A DNA stretch of 63,675 bases, counting the filler, from Octopus bimaculoides (taxonomy: Eukaryota): the NCBI RefSeq assembly GCF_001194135.2. It is 6 parts of 6 records of this genome, joined end to end, with 100 filler letters (N's around TTAATTAATTAA, not from the genome) between each part and the next. Parts side by side here need not be neighbours in the genome. Positions count along the whole stretch, not along the records: positions 1 to 28,450 come from NC_069001.1; 5 more parts are not named here. One strand, 5' to 3'. The notes below the pieces were generated by a model, which was not told the DNA's origin, made no database searches, and saw only the letters and a program-made list of their open reading frames with translations. Position 1 is the first letter of the stretch; every line of letters begins with the position of its first letter. Position numbers and translations under genes: made by a program. This document shows, piece by piece, positions 13,084 to 27,079 of the stretch.

Positions 13084-13181
13084 ATATATTCTTTTATTCT
13101 TTTATATTTTTCATCCCTAAAGGTGATATACATACATATCACCTTTAGGGATGAAAAATATAAAAGAATAAAAGAATATAT
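13084..13181. repeat. Perfect 46-bp inverted repeat with 6-nt spacer
   Basis: atatattcttttattcttttatatttttcatccctaaaggtgatat-acatac-exact reverse complement. Confidence 0.95.
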
Positions 13182-13217
13182 ACATAAGTATGTATATACA
13201 CACACACATATATATAC

Positions 13218-13254
<37 letters not shown>

Positions 13255-14954
13255 GTGCAGGCATGGCTGTGTGGTAAGAAACTTGCTTTCAACCACATGG
13301 TTCTGGGTTCTGTTCCACTGCGTGGCACCTTGGGCAAGTGTCTTCTACTATAGCCTTGGGCCAACCAAAGCTTTGTAAGTGGATTTAGTCGATGGAAACT
13401 GAAAGAAGCCTGTCACACACGTGTGTGTGTGTGGGGGGGGGGGTCTTTGTGTCTGTGTTTGTCCCCCACCACTGCTTGACAACCAGTGCTGGTGTGTTTA
13501 CATCCCTGTAACTTAGCAGTTCAGCCAGAGAGACTGATAGAATTAGTGCCAGGCTTTTTAAAATAAAGTATTCATTTGACCAAAACATCTTCAATGTGTT
13601 GCCCCAGTATGGCCATGGTTTAATGACTGAAACAACTAAAAGATAAAAGATATATAGGTGCAGGTGTAGGTGTGTGGTAAGAAGCTTGCTTCCCAACCAG
13701 ATGGTTCCGGGTTCAGTCCCACTTCATGGCAACTTGGGCAAGTCTCTTCCACTATAGCCTCAAGCTGACCAAAGCCTTGTCAGTCATTAAACTTGTCTGC
13801 CATTTTCAGAAAATAATAATGGTTGACAGAAACTGAGAGAAGCCTGTCATGTGTATATACACTTTAATCTTGCAATAGATGGATGTCCTATTCAGAGGTA
13901 ATGTGATTGTGATCACTTTTATGCCAGTGAAACAGGGTAACCATCCCTATGAGTCCTAGGGGCCCAAGGCAGTAATGTTTCAGGGGTTGATGATGACAAA
14001 ACATGTTTTTACAGATTTCAAATGAATAGGAAGATGCATGGCTTAATGGTTAGGTTATTCAGCTAACAATTGCAAGGTTCTGAGTTTGATTCCTAACAGT
14101 ATGACACTTTATTTCATTTTGCTCCAGTTCCATTCAGCTGGCAAAAATGGGTTGTACCTGTAATTCAAAAAGGGCCAGCCGTGTCATATTGTGTCACACT
14201 GAATCTCCCTGAGAACTACATCAAGGATACACATGTCTGAGGAGTGCTCAGCCACTTGCATATTAATTTCATGAGCCACATGAATAAGAGTAACTGTTCC
14301 AGTGCAGTTCCCTCATCATGCTCCTGGGCAATGCCTTTTCCATTTTGTCTGCTGGGACCATGAGGCGATCTGAATTACAGGAAATCGAGGAAATGTAAGG
14401 ATTTCATAGCTTTACTGTAGTTTGCCTGACTGGCCTTCGTGCCAGTGGCACATAAAAGCTCCTACTACACTCTTGGAGTGGTTGGCGTTAGGAAGGGCAT
14501 CCAGCTGTAGAAACTCTGCCAGATCAGATTGGAGCCTGGTGCAGCCATCTGGTTCGCCAGTCCTCAGTCAAATCGTCATGGAAAGCAGACGTTAAACAAT
14601 GATGATGATGATAGGTTCTGGCTTTATACTCTACTTAAATAATTTAATTTGTCACATTAACAAACGCGGGCAGTGACACTATTTTGAAATTGATGAGCAA
14701 GTCATCGGCTTGCAATGCCGAGTTTTATTCTTGAAACAAAATATTGATGACAAAAATTTCACAAGCAGGCTGTTCGGTTGATCAAATCAACCAGAACACT
14801 GATTGTCATGACTGACAGAGAGTTTATTACTATCATGTGATGTAAAGACAAGGAGACACAAAGGCTCACACACACGCACACATATACACCTGCACACTCA
14901 CACACATACATAGAGACATATGTATGTATATATGCATGTGTGTGTGTGTGTATA

Positions 14955-16217
14955 CAGGGTGTGTCAGATACTTGAGGACAGATTTATGCTTATAAAAACA
15001 GATATATAACAACAGATAATAACTTTATTTATCAAAAAATGCTATGAGGATAAAAAAATAAACCATTTTTTCTATAATGTTATTCAATAAAGCCACCTTC
15101 AACTTCAACATCTGCTTCTATATGAGATCTAAATCATCTACATGCTCGAATCAAGTGGTCCTGTTTCATTTTGGACATTACTCCAACTATGGCAGCTTTC
15201 AAAGAATCTTTGGTGTTATGGACGTGTTCATTGACCTCTCTCTCAACAACGCTCCACATGTAATAGTCCAAAAGATTGAAATCTGGGGAATTAGGAAACC
15301 AAATGTTAGGGGTTATGTGATCATGAAACTTTTCAGCCATCCATTCCTGTGTTACTAAAGCCATGTGTAATAGTGCAGAGTCTTACTGAAACACATATGG
15401 CCTTATGTTGCATATACTGACTATCCAGAGCTTAACAATTATTTACAGGACCTCAATGTAGGCGGCAGAGTTAACTTTAAGACCTTGCGGAAAGAAGTAA
15501 GGAGGCATCACATGTCCTTCATTGCTGACAACCCCTAAAACCATGACAGTTACAGGAAATTTTCTATGCATAACACTTGAAACTTCAGAAGGATCTGCAT
15601 ATAACCATCTGTCATTTCTTCTGTTAACTTTTTGATCTTGGTCGAAATTTTTCATGTTTGAAAAAAACCAAATCAAATCTTCTACTGTTGGATTTTTCAG
15701 TTTGTTTAAGAGCTTTTTAGATCTGATGTAGAGATTTTCTTTTGCTTTTTCTGACAAATTGACCTTTCCTCATCATATAAGACTTATATCTGATGACATC
15801 ATGGACAACATTTCTGATTGTTCCTTCTGACACTTAGAGATCTTTTGCAATTGACCTCATGGACTTCCTGGGATTGTGATCAATGGTCTGTTGAACTTGG
15901 ATAAATTCAGGTGTTGTGATGATTTCAGAGCATTTAGAATGCTTTTTAATTTTTGATACTGGTGACACATTTCCATTTTCAGTCCCTAGCTCCTTACAAA
16001 CTTCGTAGAAGAAAGATCTGGCAACTTTTAAAAATCAAGATATTTCTAAATTGTTATGCTCAGCCTTTATAACCACAATAACAGCATGCCTCTTCGGTTT
16101 TTTGAGTAAGCTGAGGGTCTGCAATTATTATTTTCTGAAACAAAGGTTATACAGAGTTAGCAAAAAATGCAGCAATGACTCAAAAAAGGTATGTCTTCAA
16201 ATACTTTATGCACCCTG
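14955..16217 (-). mobile_element. DD37D (maT-type) transposon with both TIRs, decayed
   Basis: Imperfect TIRs CAGGGTGtgtcagatacttgagga / tcttcaaatactttatgCACCCTG. Frames 15443-15757 and 15134-15364 give WFFSNMKNFDQDQ, VMPPYFFP and PNSPDFNLLDYYMWSVVE. Confidence 0.88.
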
Positions 16218-18037
16218 TGTATATATATATATATATATACTTTACTTTCATTCTTTTACTTGCTTCAGTCATTTGACTGTGGTCATGCTGGAGCACCACC
16301 TTAAAGAGTTTTAGTTGAACAGATCAACCCCAGGACTTATTCTTTGTACTTATTCTAAGCCGGTGATACATAAAAGCATCCACTACACTCTGAGTGGTTG
16401 GCGTTAGGAAGGGCATCCAGCTGTTGAAACTTTGCCAAATCAGATTAGAGTCTGGTGCAGCCTCCGGCTTGCCAGTTCTCAGTCAAACCATCCAACCCAT
16501 GCTAGCAGACATTAACAACAATAATGATGATGATGTGTGTGTGTGTGTGTACACACACGCACACACATACAAGAGGCTTCTTTCAGTTTCTCTCTCCCAA
16601 ATCTATTCATAAGGCTTTGATCAGAGTAAGACTTGTAACATAACAGAAAGCTAGGCCTGAACCAAAGGCCACATCGTTGGGAAGCAAATTTCTTTGTCAC
16701 ACTATCATGCCTGCACCTATTCTATAGCAGATCAATAACCTGGTAAGTGGCTACCTTGTTAGCTCACCTTACCATATCTAGCAAGTCAAAAAACTGTATA
16801 GGGGCTGTCTTGTTTGCTAGGTTGCTATTTCTAGCAAACTAAACAAGTGAGTGAAGGATACCAGAGTATCTAAGTCCAATAAGAATATTTCCACATGTTG
16901 AGTGTTTTCTTTGTTGAATTCAATATTTCTGAGATAATAAGTTAAAGGTGACAGCTGCTATATAGAAATATATATATTGCTGTAATATTGAGCTATGATT
17001 GGATATTGATTAAACGTACTTTAATTTTTTTTTCTATTTTTTTTTTGTTATCTATTGTCTAATAAAAGTGATTCGTCATCATCATTGTTGCCGCCGTCGT
17101 TGTCATCATCAACATAACCATCAGCATTGTTTTACAGCTGCACCCACAGTACTCTCTATAAAGTGGTTTGTGTCAGGAAGGGTATCCAGCTGTAGAAGCC
17201 ATGCCAAAGCAGATATTGGAGCACAATGCAGTCCTCAGACCTGCTGGATCCTATCAAACCACCCAACCCATGTCAGCATTAGGAAGGGATTGCAGCTGTA
17301 AAAACCATGCCAAAAGAGACAGTAGGGCTTGGGGCAGTCCTCTGGTTTGCCAGCCCCTGTGAAACTATCCAGCCCATGCCATCATGGAAGACGGACACTA
17401 AATGATGATGATGATATATATATATATATATTTATATAAAGTAAATGTAGGGATAAGCAAATTATACAGATCATATTGATCTGTATAAAGCATATTGAAT
17501 ACATAAAATACAAAAATTGTTTGTAAAGAATAAAACGTTTTGAATGGTACAACAATGCACTAAAACGTCTGCATTACATAGAATACAAATGAAACAGTGA
17601 GTTAAAGGGGTGGAAGAAAAGTATTACAAATCCAACGGCTGTTTCTGTGAGCTCAGCAGTCCATAATAATGTTTGCAGATTGATTCCATCATAGGATGAG
17701 ACAAGCTTCCGTCTTTAGGGAAGAGATCTGACATTTGAGATGTTATAGGAGAGACGTTCAAACATGGAATACTTTTCTGCCACCCTTTAATTCTCTATTT
17801 CATTTGTATTCCTCCACCCCTTTAATTCTCTGTTTCATTTGTATTCTGTTTAAGTCAGACCTTTTTATATATATACATATATACACATTTTATGTATTTC
17901 ATGTAATTAACATATTTTATATATTTATCTGTCTGACTTGCATATCCCTACATTTAATTCTATACCCACTCAAGTTCAAACATCTTTAGCACTACTAAGT
18001 GTATTCTATATGGAGAATACTTTGATCTCAAGTATGG

Positions 18038-18079
<42 letters not shown>

Positions 18080-20867
18080 TGAGTAGTATAAGATATGGAT
18101 TCAGAGAATCATGAGAGTATCATAGAAAGCTACTCTTTTTCGTTTACATTAAGGATAACCAGTTCCTTTAATTTCTATCTCACAAATGTGCAAGTAGCTG
18201 AGCACTCCACAGACACATGTACCCTTAACATAGTTCTCAGGAAGATTCATCATGACACAGAGTGTGACAAGACTGGCCCTTTGAAATACAGGAACAACAG
18301 AAACTGGAAGAAAGAGTGAGAGAAAGTAGTGGTGAAAGAATACAGCAGAGTTCACCACCATCTCCTGCCAGAGCCTCATGGAGCTTTAGATGTTTTCACT
18401 CAATAAACATTCACGATACCCGGTCTGGGAATCAAAACTGCGATCCTATGACCACAAGTCTGCTGCCCTAACCACTGGGTCATTGCACCTCCACACATAT
18501 ATATATATATATCTATAAGGTGGTACCTCAGCATGGCTGCATTCAAATGACAGAAACAAGTAAAAGGGGTAAAAATGTGTGTGTGTGTGTCCCCAAAAAC
18601 AATCATTATCTCCAACTTAGCTTGGATGTTGTATTTGGACAAAGAATACTGCATTATCCATCTTGAGAGGACTTCTCATATGGTCTCGTGATACATAAAA
18701 GCACTCATATTTACATCATTGACAGACAAGAGCCATCTGCTACAACCACCAAAACTACCAGATCCCGTGATTTCATCTTGTTTTGGACTCTTCAGTGACA
18801 GATATCCTGTGTGCGTGAATGTTTGTTTGCCTGCAATGTAAAATAAATGCCATCTTCTATACAACAGTGTATCTTCACTTACAATTTGCCATGAAATAAT
18901 GTCCAGCCATTGAGCTCTTTGTTGTCTGAAGATCAATAAGAAATAGTTCTTTACCGAGAAACAAATGTGGATTGGCAACAAGTAGAGACACGAGCTGTAG
19001 AAAATTCAACCTCACTAAATTTCGTCTGATCTGTAAATGAGGATGATGATGATGATGATGGCATACATAGAAAAAGGAAAAGTTGATAGTCACTGCAAAA
19101 TTGCATCCAGCAGAAACTTTAAGGTCATTATCAACCTTTTCTTTGAAAAATTAAAACGTTTGTGTGTCACATACGTAGTGAATGGTTTTCACATAATGTG
19201 CGAATCTTTATATAAATAATTACACAAACAACAGACACATTAATGTGTGTGTGTGTGCGTATTTGCATGTGTGTCACCAGATGGAGCTACATGTATAAAT
19301 CGTTGCCAGTATTGACGTTTGTGTCAAAGACTTTGTTGGTATTTTGTTTCTTGGGATTAAGTTTCCATATGAGTCATAGTAAGAGTTTGTGTATATATAC
19401 ATACATATGTATATATACACAAACTCACATACATACATATATATACATATATATATATACATACATATGTATATATACACAAACTCNNNNNNNNNNNNNN
19501 NNNNNNNNNNNNNNNNNNNNNNNNNNNNNNNNNNNNNNNNNNNNNNNNNNNNNNNNNNNNNNNNNNNNNNNNNNNNNNNNNNNNNNNNNNNNNNNNNNNN
19601 NNNNNNNNNNNNNNNNNNNNNNNNNNNNNNNNNNNNNNNNNNNNNNNNNNNNNNNNNNNNNNNNNNNNNNNNNNNNNNNNNNNNNNNNNNNNNNNNNNNN
19701 NNNNNNNNNNNNNNNNNNNNNNNNNNNNNNNNNNNNNNNNNNNNNNNNNNNNNNNNNNNNNNNNNNNNNNNNNNNNNNNNNNNNNNNNNNNNNNNNNNNN
19801 NNNNNNNNNNNNNNNNNNNNNNNNNNNNNNNNNNNNNNNNNNNNNNNNNNNNNNNNNNNNNNNNNNNNNNNNNNNNNNNNNNNNNNNNNNNNNNNNNNNN
19901 NNNNNNNNNNNNNNNNNNNNNNNNNNNNNNNNNNNNNNNNNNNNNNNNNNNNNNNNNNNNNNNNNNNNNNNNNNNNNNNNNNNNNNNNNNNNNNNNNNNN
20001 NNNNNNNNNNNNNNNNNNNNNNNNNNNNNNNNNNNNNNNNNNNNNNNNNNNNNNNNNNNNNNNNNNNNNNNNNNNNNNNNNNNNNNNNNNNNNNNNNNNN
20101 NNNNNNNNNNNNNNNNNNNNNNNNNNNNNNNNNNNNNNNNNNNNNNNNNNNNNNNNNNNNNNNNNNNNNNNNNNNNNNNNNNNNNNNNNNNNNNNNNNNN
20201 NNNNNNNNNNNNNNNNNNNNNNNNNNNNNNNNNNNNNNNNNNNNNNNNNNNNNNNNNNNNNNNNNNNNNNNNNNNNNNNNNNNNNNNNNNNNNNNNNNNN
20301 NNNNNNNNNNNNNNNNNNNNNNNNNNNNNNNNNNNNNNNNNNNNNNNTATATATATATATATATTTATATATTTATATAGGGGCATTACTATACATAAAT
20401 GCCTCGTGCTAAGAGGGACTCTAAAGTCAAACTACCGTAATAAACACATTTTTACCAAACACGAGGGAATACAACTCTTAAAGCTAACCCCCTAAAAGCT
20501 GACTGCACTCTTTACTCATTAGTACACGTATGGTCAAGACACTTAAAAACAAACAAAAAAATCAACATACATCATCATCATCATCATCATCGTTTAACGT
20601 CTGCTTTCCATGCTAGCATGGGTTGGACGACTTGACTGAGGACTGGTGAAACCGGATGGCAACACCAGGCTCCAATCTAAATTTGGCAGAGTTTCTACAG
20701 TTGGATGCCCTTCCTAACGCCAACCACTCAGAGAGTGTAGTAGGTGCTTTTACGTGTCACCTGCACGAAGGCCAGTCAGGCGATACTGGCAACGGTATGT
20801 ATGTATGTATGTATGTATGTATGTATGTATGTATGTATGTATGTACGTATGTATGTTTGCATGTATG

Positions 20868-21174
20868 TAGTAGAATTTATTTGCCAACATAATGTGGAAG
20901 TCTTGACTAGGACTGCTACTACTGTTTAACCCCAGGAAAACATCTTCCTCAGTACTGGACAACCACCTGGCTAGTGAAATAACCCAGGAACCATTGGTCT
21001 GTTGAAACTGCCAACAGCTACAAAGGAGGAGTGAGCTCCCTTGCTTATGGTATGTCTCAGACACAGATCATGTGTCGATAAACCAGCTGGAAAAGATGTT
21101 TTCCTGAGGTTAAAAAGTAGTAATATAGTCCTCGTCAGGACTGCCATGTTATGTTGGCAAATAAACTTTACTAT
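20868..21174. mobile_element. MITE-like element with ~80-bp imperfect TIRs
   Basis: atttgccaacataa...aggaaaacatctt (20879-20946) is the reverse complement of aagatgttttcct...ttatgttggcaaat (21093-21162). No ORF inside. Confidence 0.75.
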
Positions 21175-21266
21175 CCAGTACTGTTAGTACATGGCTCTCA
21201 ATCAGAGATTTAAAACTAGTTGTTTTTCTCCTTATATATGAGGCTGCTACATTAAAGCACCCAGTA

Positions 21267-22130
21267 TCAGGTCTGATCAATTAGTATTGGGACTGCTGCC
21301 ATAGTAACGAAGCTAAAGCATGCAGAGTGAAGCTGCTTAGCAAAGATTGACTTTGAACTCTGCTGTGCATGCATACTAAGTTTTAACGTTCTAGCTCACT
21401 TTCACTGTTTACAGCAGTGCTTGGAAGGAAGGTGTGTAGCGTGTGATCGTCACATTGACCATGACAGAAAGTTGTCATGGTGATACCTGCTCAGAGGCCA
21501 ACACAAAATTGCAGAAAGTGTATGGAGAGGAGTGTATGAGGTGCATATAAGTGTACGAGTGGTTCAAATATTTCCAAGATGGCCAAAAAAATGTCGATAT
21601 TGATGAATGTTTTGGGAGACCTGCAACCAGCAGAACTGAGAAAAAGATCACAGATGTGCTTGGAGTTGTGAGGGGAAATCATTGAATCACCATCCGTGAG
21701 TTATCAGAGGATGTGCAGATTAGTTACGGTTCAGTTCAGTCCATTTTCACTGAAGTTTGGATATAAGGCATGTGTCTGCCAAATTTGTGCCAAAACTTCT
21801 TTCAGCTCACCAAAAAGACAGTTGGGTTTCAGTTGCACAAGATCTCCTTGATTGTGTCGAGAACAATGAAAACGTTTTGAAAACTTTGCATAGGCCTCTG
21901 AGTGGGTATCGCCAAGTATTTGGCAAAATTTGATGCAGATTCTCTGTCATGTTCAATGCGATGATCACATGCTACACACGTTAATTCGAAGCAGAAGTGA
22001 GCTAGAACATTAAAACTTAGTGCATATGCACAGCAGAGTTCAAGGTCAATCTGGACCAAGCAGCTTTACTCTGCACGCTTTAGCTTCGTTACTATGGCAA
22101 CAGTCCGGATATTTATTGATCAGTCCTCAT
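21267..22130 (+). mobile_element. Internally deleted mariner element with long (~140 bp) inverted ends
   Basis: 21267-21410 is the reverse complement of ~21995-22130 (ccatagtaacgaagctaaagc / gctttagcttcgttactatgg). The interior encodes an HTH region and 'HVSAKFVPKLLS', the mariner WVPxxL linker. Confidence 0.85.
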
Positions 22131-22543
22131 GTGTGTATGTGTGTGTGGGGGGTGGGGTATGTGAACTTCATCTACTGAACTTCCACACTGTCTTTTCCTC
22201 TAATTTTCCCCCTGTCAGTGATTCTTTCTGTCATCCTTAACTTAATCTTCCAAAGATATACACAATCTTCCACACACATTTCCCCAACTTCTGATAAAAC
22301 ATTCACATCCGCTGGACAACTGAACTCCACAAAAGTGCATGACGTTTGCTCCTTGTCCTGTAGCATGACAGCTGGCCTATTGTGCTTACACCGGGTTGAT
22401 GTTTTTATCAGAATATTCCTAATTTTGAAAGATGTAGATGCATTCTGGTTGTGCTGTCACTTTGTATGATCAAGGAATATCTTAACCGTCATTATTTTTC
22501 TTATGTTTATGTTTGCTAAAGAGTGATCTAATTTGTATTGCAG

Positions 22544-22732
22544 GATGCTGGTGAGATGGTGCGTTCTTTTGTTGGTGGTTTAGAATTAATCGTGAATCTA
22601 CTCAAGTCAGACAACATCGAGGTGTTGGCTAGTGTATGTGCTGCCATTGCAAACATTGCCAAAGATGAGGAGAACCTAGCTGTCATTACTGACCACAATG
22701 TTGTACAGATGTTAGCAAATCTTACAGATACA
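22544..22732 (+). CDS. ARMC4: ARMC4/ODAD2 (outer dynein arm docking complex subunit 2), internal coding exon with ARM repeats
   Basis: Translates [63 protein letters not shown], nearly identical to the ARMC4 C-terminal ARM region as I recall it. Acceptor ttgcag|GAT, donor ACA|gtaagt, 189 nt, phase 0-0. Confidence 0.96.
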
Positions 22733-22795
22733 GTAAGTGTTTATTTGGGAGATTTTTTCGTTGTTTTTTTTTTTCATGTGTACATGTACATTCAT

Positions 22796-23171
22796 GTTGT
22801 TGTTGGCACTCCGTCACTTACGACGTCAAGGGTTCCAGTTGATCCGATCAACGGAACCGCCTGCTCGTGAAATTAACGTGCAAGTGGCTGAGCACTCCAC
22901 AGACACATGCACCCTTCACGTAGTTCTCGGGGATATTCAGCGTGACACAGAGTGACAAGACTGACCCTTTGAATTACAGAAACAGGAAGTAAGAGTGAGA
23001 GAAAGTTGTGGTGGAAGAGTACAGCAGGGTTCGCCACCATCCCCTGCCGGAGCCTCACGGAGCTTTAGGTGTTTTTCGCTCAATAAACACTCACAACACC
23101 CGGTCTGGGAATCGAAACCGCGATCCTATGACCGCGAACCGCTGCCCTAACCACTGGGCCATTACACCTCC
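22796..23171 (-). mobile_element. tRNA-derived SINE, family 2
   Basis: Minus-strand head GGAGG...TGGCCCAGTGGTTAGGGCAGCGG...GGTTTCGATTCC and (CAA)n tail. Copies at 32723-33097, 18181-18492 and 5800-6099. Confidence 0.85.
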
Positions 23172-23827
23172 ACATGTACATGTCCATTCATACATACATA
23201 TATATAAACATTATCAACAGCACATTCTTAATGTATATGCTTCATGTGTTTGCCAGTTGGCTGTGATTTTTGTGTGGGGGAGATTACTCAGTAAAAGCAC
23301 CTGGTGTTAAAACACTTGAAAGCCATAAATAGGCAGGACAACTCACCCTAAATCTCATTTAGGAGGGATGGAGATCAATGCTTTGCCAGTGAGTTGTCCC
23401 ATCTGTCCATGACTTTCAGGTATTTTAACACTCTGCATTTTGATTACTCTCCTCCATGACTAGTCACTGCCCACCAGCAAACACACAGGTGATGTCAGTT
23501 AACTATGTTTATTACACTAGTGCTGCTTTGAGTGTTGGGCACCTCACAGAGGCAATGGCTGAGATCTTTGGCATTATGTTGTGCTTGAGAAGAAGACCCA
23601 TGAAGACAAGCAAAATTGCAGTCATGGCAGATACCGGTGTCATGCAAATGGCACCCATGGCGTTAGGAAAGGCATCCAGCAGTACAAAACTGGAGTCTGG
23701 TGCAGCCTTCTACCTTACCAGCCCTGGTCAAACCATCAAACCCACACAGGTAATCTCCAGGAGCGCCTTCAGATTTAATTATCCCTTAGTGGCTTAAACA
23801 CTTCTAGCCTACCACTTGAATGTTTAA

Positions 23828-24046
23828 CCCTTTAGTGTTTAAACCGCCCATATCCGACCCAAATGATCTACCTGTTTTATGTTAAAACTGCCCAGATTTG
23901 GTATCTCACACCAACCTATAATGTCATTCTAAAAATAGGTGATAACATCATTGAAACCTTGAAGCTACAAAATAATGCATGATTAGCTTAAAACAATATG
24001 GATGAAGAAGTATTAAATTTGATCGGATAATTTGAATGCTAAAGGG
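23828..24046. mobile_element. Non-autonomous piggyBac-type MITE
   Basis: TTAA|CCCTTTAG ... CTAAAGGG|TTAA: TTAA duplication and CCC/GGG termini. Confidence 0.8.
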
Positions 24047-25558
24047 TTAAACAATCCTAACTTATANNNNNNNNNNNNNNNNNNNNNNNNNNNNNNNNNN
24101 NNNNNNNNNNNNNNNNNNNNNNNNNNNNNNNNNNNNNNNNNNNNNNNNNNNNNNNNNNNNNNNNNNNNNNNNNNNNNNNNNNNNNNNNNNNNNNNNNNNN
24201 NNNNNNNNNNNNNNNNNNNNNNNNNNNNNNNNNNNNNNNNNNNNNNNNNNNNNNNNNNNNNNNNNNNNNNNNNNNNNNNNNNNNNNNNNNNNNNNNNNNN
24301 NNNNNNNNNNNNNNNNNNNNNNNNNNNNNNNNNNNNNNNNNNNNNNNNNNNNNNNNNNNNNNNNNNNNNNNNNNNNNNNNNNNNNNNNNNNNNNNNNGGC
24401 TATCTTCTCTTACAATGGGAGATCTTGTTAATGTCACAAAACTACTTAATGGTGATTTAGTGGAAAAGTTAAACCAATGCCTGTGGAAGCAATCATCTAA
24501 GTGGACCACTTGAATTTATATAGACAATCAGGGATTTATTTTTAATGACTCCATTGGAAATTGAAAGAATTGTTTGTAGGAATAATAACAATCATCATCA
24601 TTGTTTTAGAATTCTACTTTTCCACATTTGCATGGGTCAAACAGAATTCATTGAGGTAGATTTTCTATAGCTGGATACCCTTCCTGTCACCAACCCTCAC
24701 CTGTTTCCAAGCAAGTTAATATTTTCTCATGGCTAGACATGTTTTTCACATAAAATTGGAAATGCATGAGGCTCATTTACAACCATTGCACAATGTCAAA
24801 ACAAAGGGACACAAATACACACTCACACACACACACATTCATACACACACGAACAAACACACACACACACATACACACACACATGATGGACTTCTTTGTT
24901 TCCATCTACCAAATCCTTTCACAAGGTTTTAGTCAGCCTGGTGCTATAGTAGAAGATATTTGCCCAATGTTCCATACAGTGAGACTGTGTTGCCCTTGGA
25001 TAAAAAAGAATTATAATTTTCTCCTTTTATTTCCTATTTCATAGGCGCAGGAGTGGTTATGTGGTAAGTAGCTTGCTTACTAACCACATGGTTCCAGGTT
25101 CAGTCCCACTGTGTGGCACCTTGGACAAGAGTTTTCTGTCTATTTGCGTGTCTTTCTGTCTGCATTTGTCCCCCACCACCACCACAACTTGACAACTGGT
25201 GTTGGTGTGTTTACCTCCCCATAACATAGCAGTTCAGCAAAAGAGATCAAGAGAATAAGTACCAGGCATAAAAAAATAAGTCCTGGGGGTCAATACATTT
25301 GACTAAAAATTCAAGGTGATGCCCCAACATGGCCACAGTCTAATGACTGAAACAAGTAAAAAGAAAACGATGGTAGATGAATGGAATTTTGAAACTTTTT
25401 TTGATGAAAGATCTAGAGTTTGGGAGCATGCATAAGTTCAGAATGTTTGTGTATGTATGTACATGTGTATCTATATGTGTATTTGTGTATATGTCTATTT
25501 GCATGTGTGCATATGTGCATGGTCATATGTGCAAGCAGTATTTCAGTGAAAAGAACTC

Positions 25559-25603
<45 letters not shown>

Positions 25604-25986
25604 TAAAAAATGATGAGAATAGAGAAAGATTTTGGTGAATTTCTCAAACCTCTTCTTCCTCTTTCTCCTTTGCTCTCTCATCAGCACCAGTTCTCATTTC
25701 AGGAAGTTAGAATTTGGAACGCAGATCTTCATTTCCTAGTTGGAATTAAACCAGTTCTCTTTACTTTTCTTTTTTTTTTTTGTTTATTTCAATATTTTTA
25801 TTTTGTTTTCTTTCCATTTTTTTTTTTTTCATTTGTCATTTTACTCAACCATTTTCTTTCCAAAAAATTTCTTAAAGGAATTGTCTGCCAATCTGGGATC
25901 AATTTTATTGAATTGTTTCTTTTCCTATAATTTATTTTCCCAACATAATTATTTCGTTTCATTTCCGAAACATTTCTTTCTTCTAG

Positions 25987-26208
25987 ACCAACGACCGACT
26001 ACGCCAGAATCTGGCTGAGGCGATTGCACGCTGCTGCAATTGGGGTCACAACAGAGTGTCTTTTGGTAATCACAACGCTGTGGCACCACTAGTGAAATAC
26101 CTACAATCCAGCCAAGAAGATGTCCACCGTTCTACTGCCAGAGCTCTTTACCAATTATCGAAGAATGCCAATAATTGTATCATAATGTACGAAGCTGGAG
26201 TTGTCAAG
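25987..26208 (+). CDS. ARMC4: ARMC4/ODAD2, next coding exon (absent from the ORF track)
   Basis: Translates [74 protein letters not shown], matching the penultimate ARMC4 exon. Acceptor ttctag|ACC after a long pyrimidine tract, donor AAG|gtaacg, 222 nt, phase 0-0, in frame with 22544-22732. Confidence 0.95.
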
Positions 26209-26419
26209 GTAACGCATTAGCATTTATCATGTTAATCTTAAAAGGAATCCTGTATTTATTGACTTTTATTTTGTATCACATTTTGTAAACAGTCTGAGGG
26301 TATCTTGTATTTCTCTAAGACCACCATTTGGCCTTGCTTTAAATATTGCTGTCCTCTTTGAGTTGGTGCTTTCTCTAAGTGTTTTAATTTGCTTTGTAGA
26401 ATTCAGAATCAGTTTGTTA

Positions 26420-26640
26420 GTGTGGTGGGTCCTCTTATTTTAACTAGGTTGGAATCTTTAGCTCATTGTCTGAATGTACTTTCATTGGATGGAACTTGTG
26501 GAAGAGGGAGACCCAGGAAGACATGGGACAAAGTATTGAAAGCTAATCTCAAAATGCTGACTCTTACAAAGGAGATGACAGGGGACTGAGGTATGTGGCA
26601 CATTGCTGCACTCGAGAAGACATGGCCACCACAACAAAAT
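26420..26640 (+). mobile_element. RTE LINE ORF 3' end
   Basis: DGTCGRGRPRKTWDKVLKANLK, the typical RTE C-terminal GRPRKTW motif. Confidence 0.75.
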
Positions 26641-27079
26641 TGAGGTCCTAAAACCAAGGTGCCACATAAAAAGCATTGGTGATGGTGCCATGTAAAAAGC
26701 ACTCAGTATACCCTGTAGAATGGTTGGTATTAGGAAGGGCATCCAGTTGTAGAACCCAAGCCAAAACAAGACTATGGTGTGGTCCTTGTCCTTGCCAGTT
26801 CCTATCAAGCTGTCCAATCCATATCAGCATGAAAAATGGATGTCAGACGTTGATGATGATGATGATGATGATGATGGCGGTGGTGGTGGCAGCGGTTGTT
26901 GTTTCCATGGAAATTGCTCTAGTGGACTTTCAGGTCGATTATCCTCTGCCACCTGCTTACCTTCTCAGGTGCATCATTGCTCTGTTGAGCTTCCTGTTAG
27001 TCATAAGTCCGTTTATTCTTTCCTCCCTTCCTTGAACTACTGCTCTCTAGAACTCATAACCATCATCATTGTTCTTTCT

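Noticed and set aside
18875-19040. Possible minus-strand exon with AG acceptors and a gtaagt donor near 18880
   Set aside because: There is no recognisable protein similarity in any frame and no partner exons.
23040-23171. tRNA-like sequences with A and B boxes (also 5085-5160, 8585-8670, 33000-33097)
   Set aside because: They are heads of multi-copy SINEs with attached bodies and no complete cloverleaf, so they are not tRNA genes.
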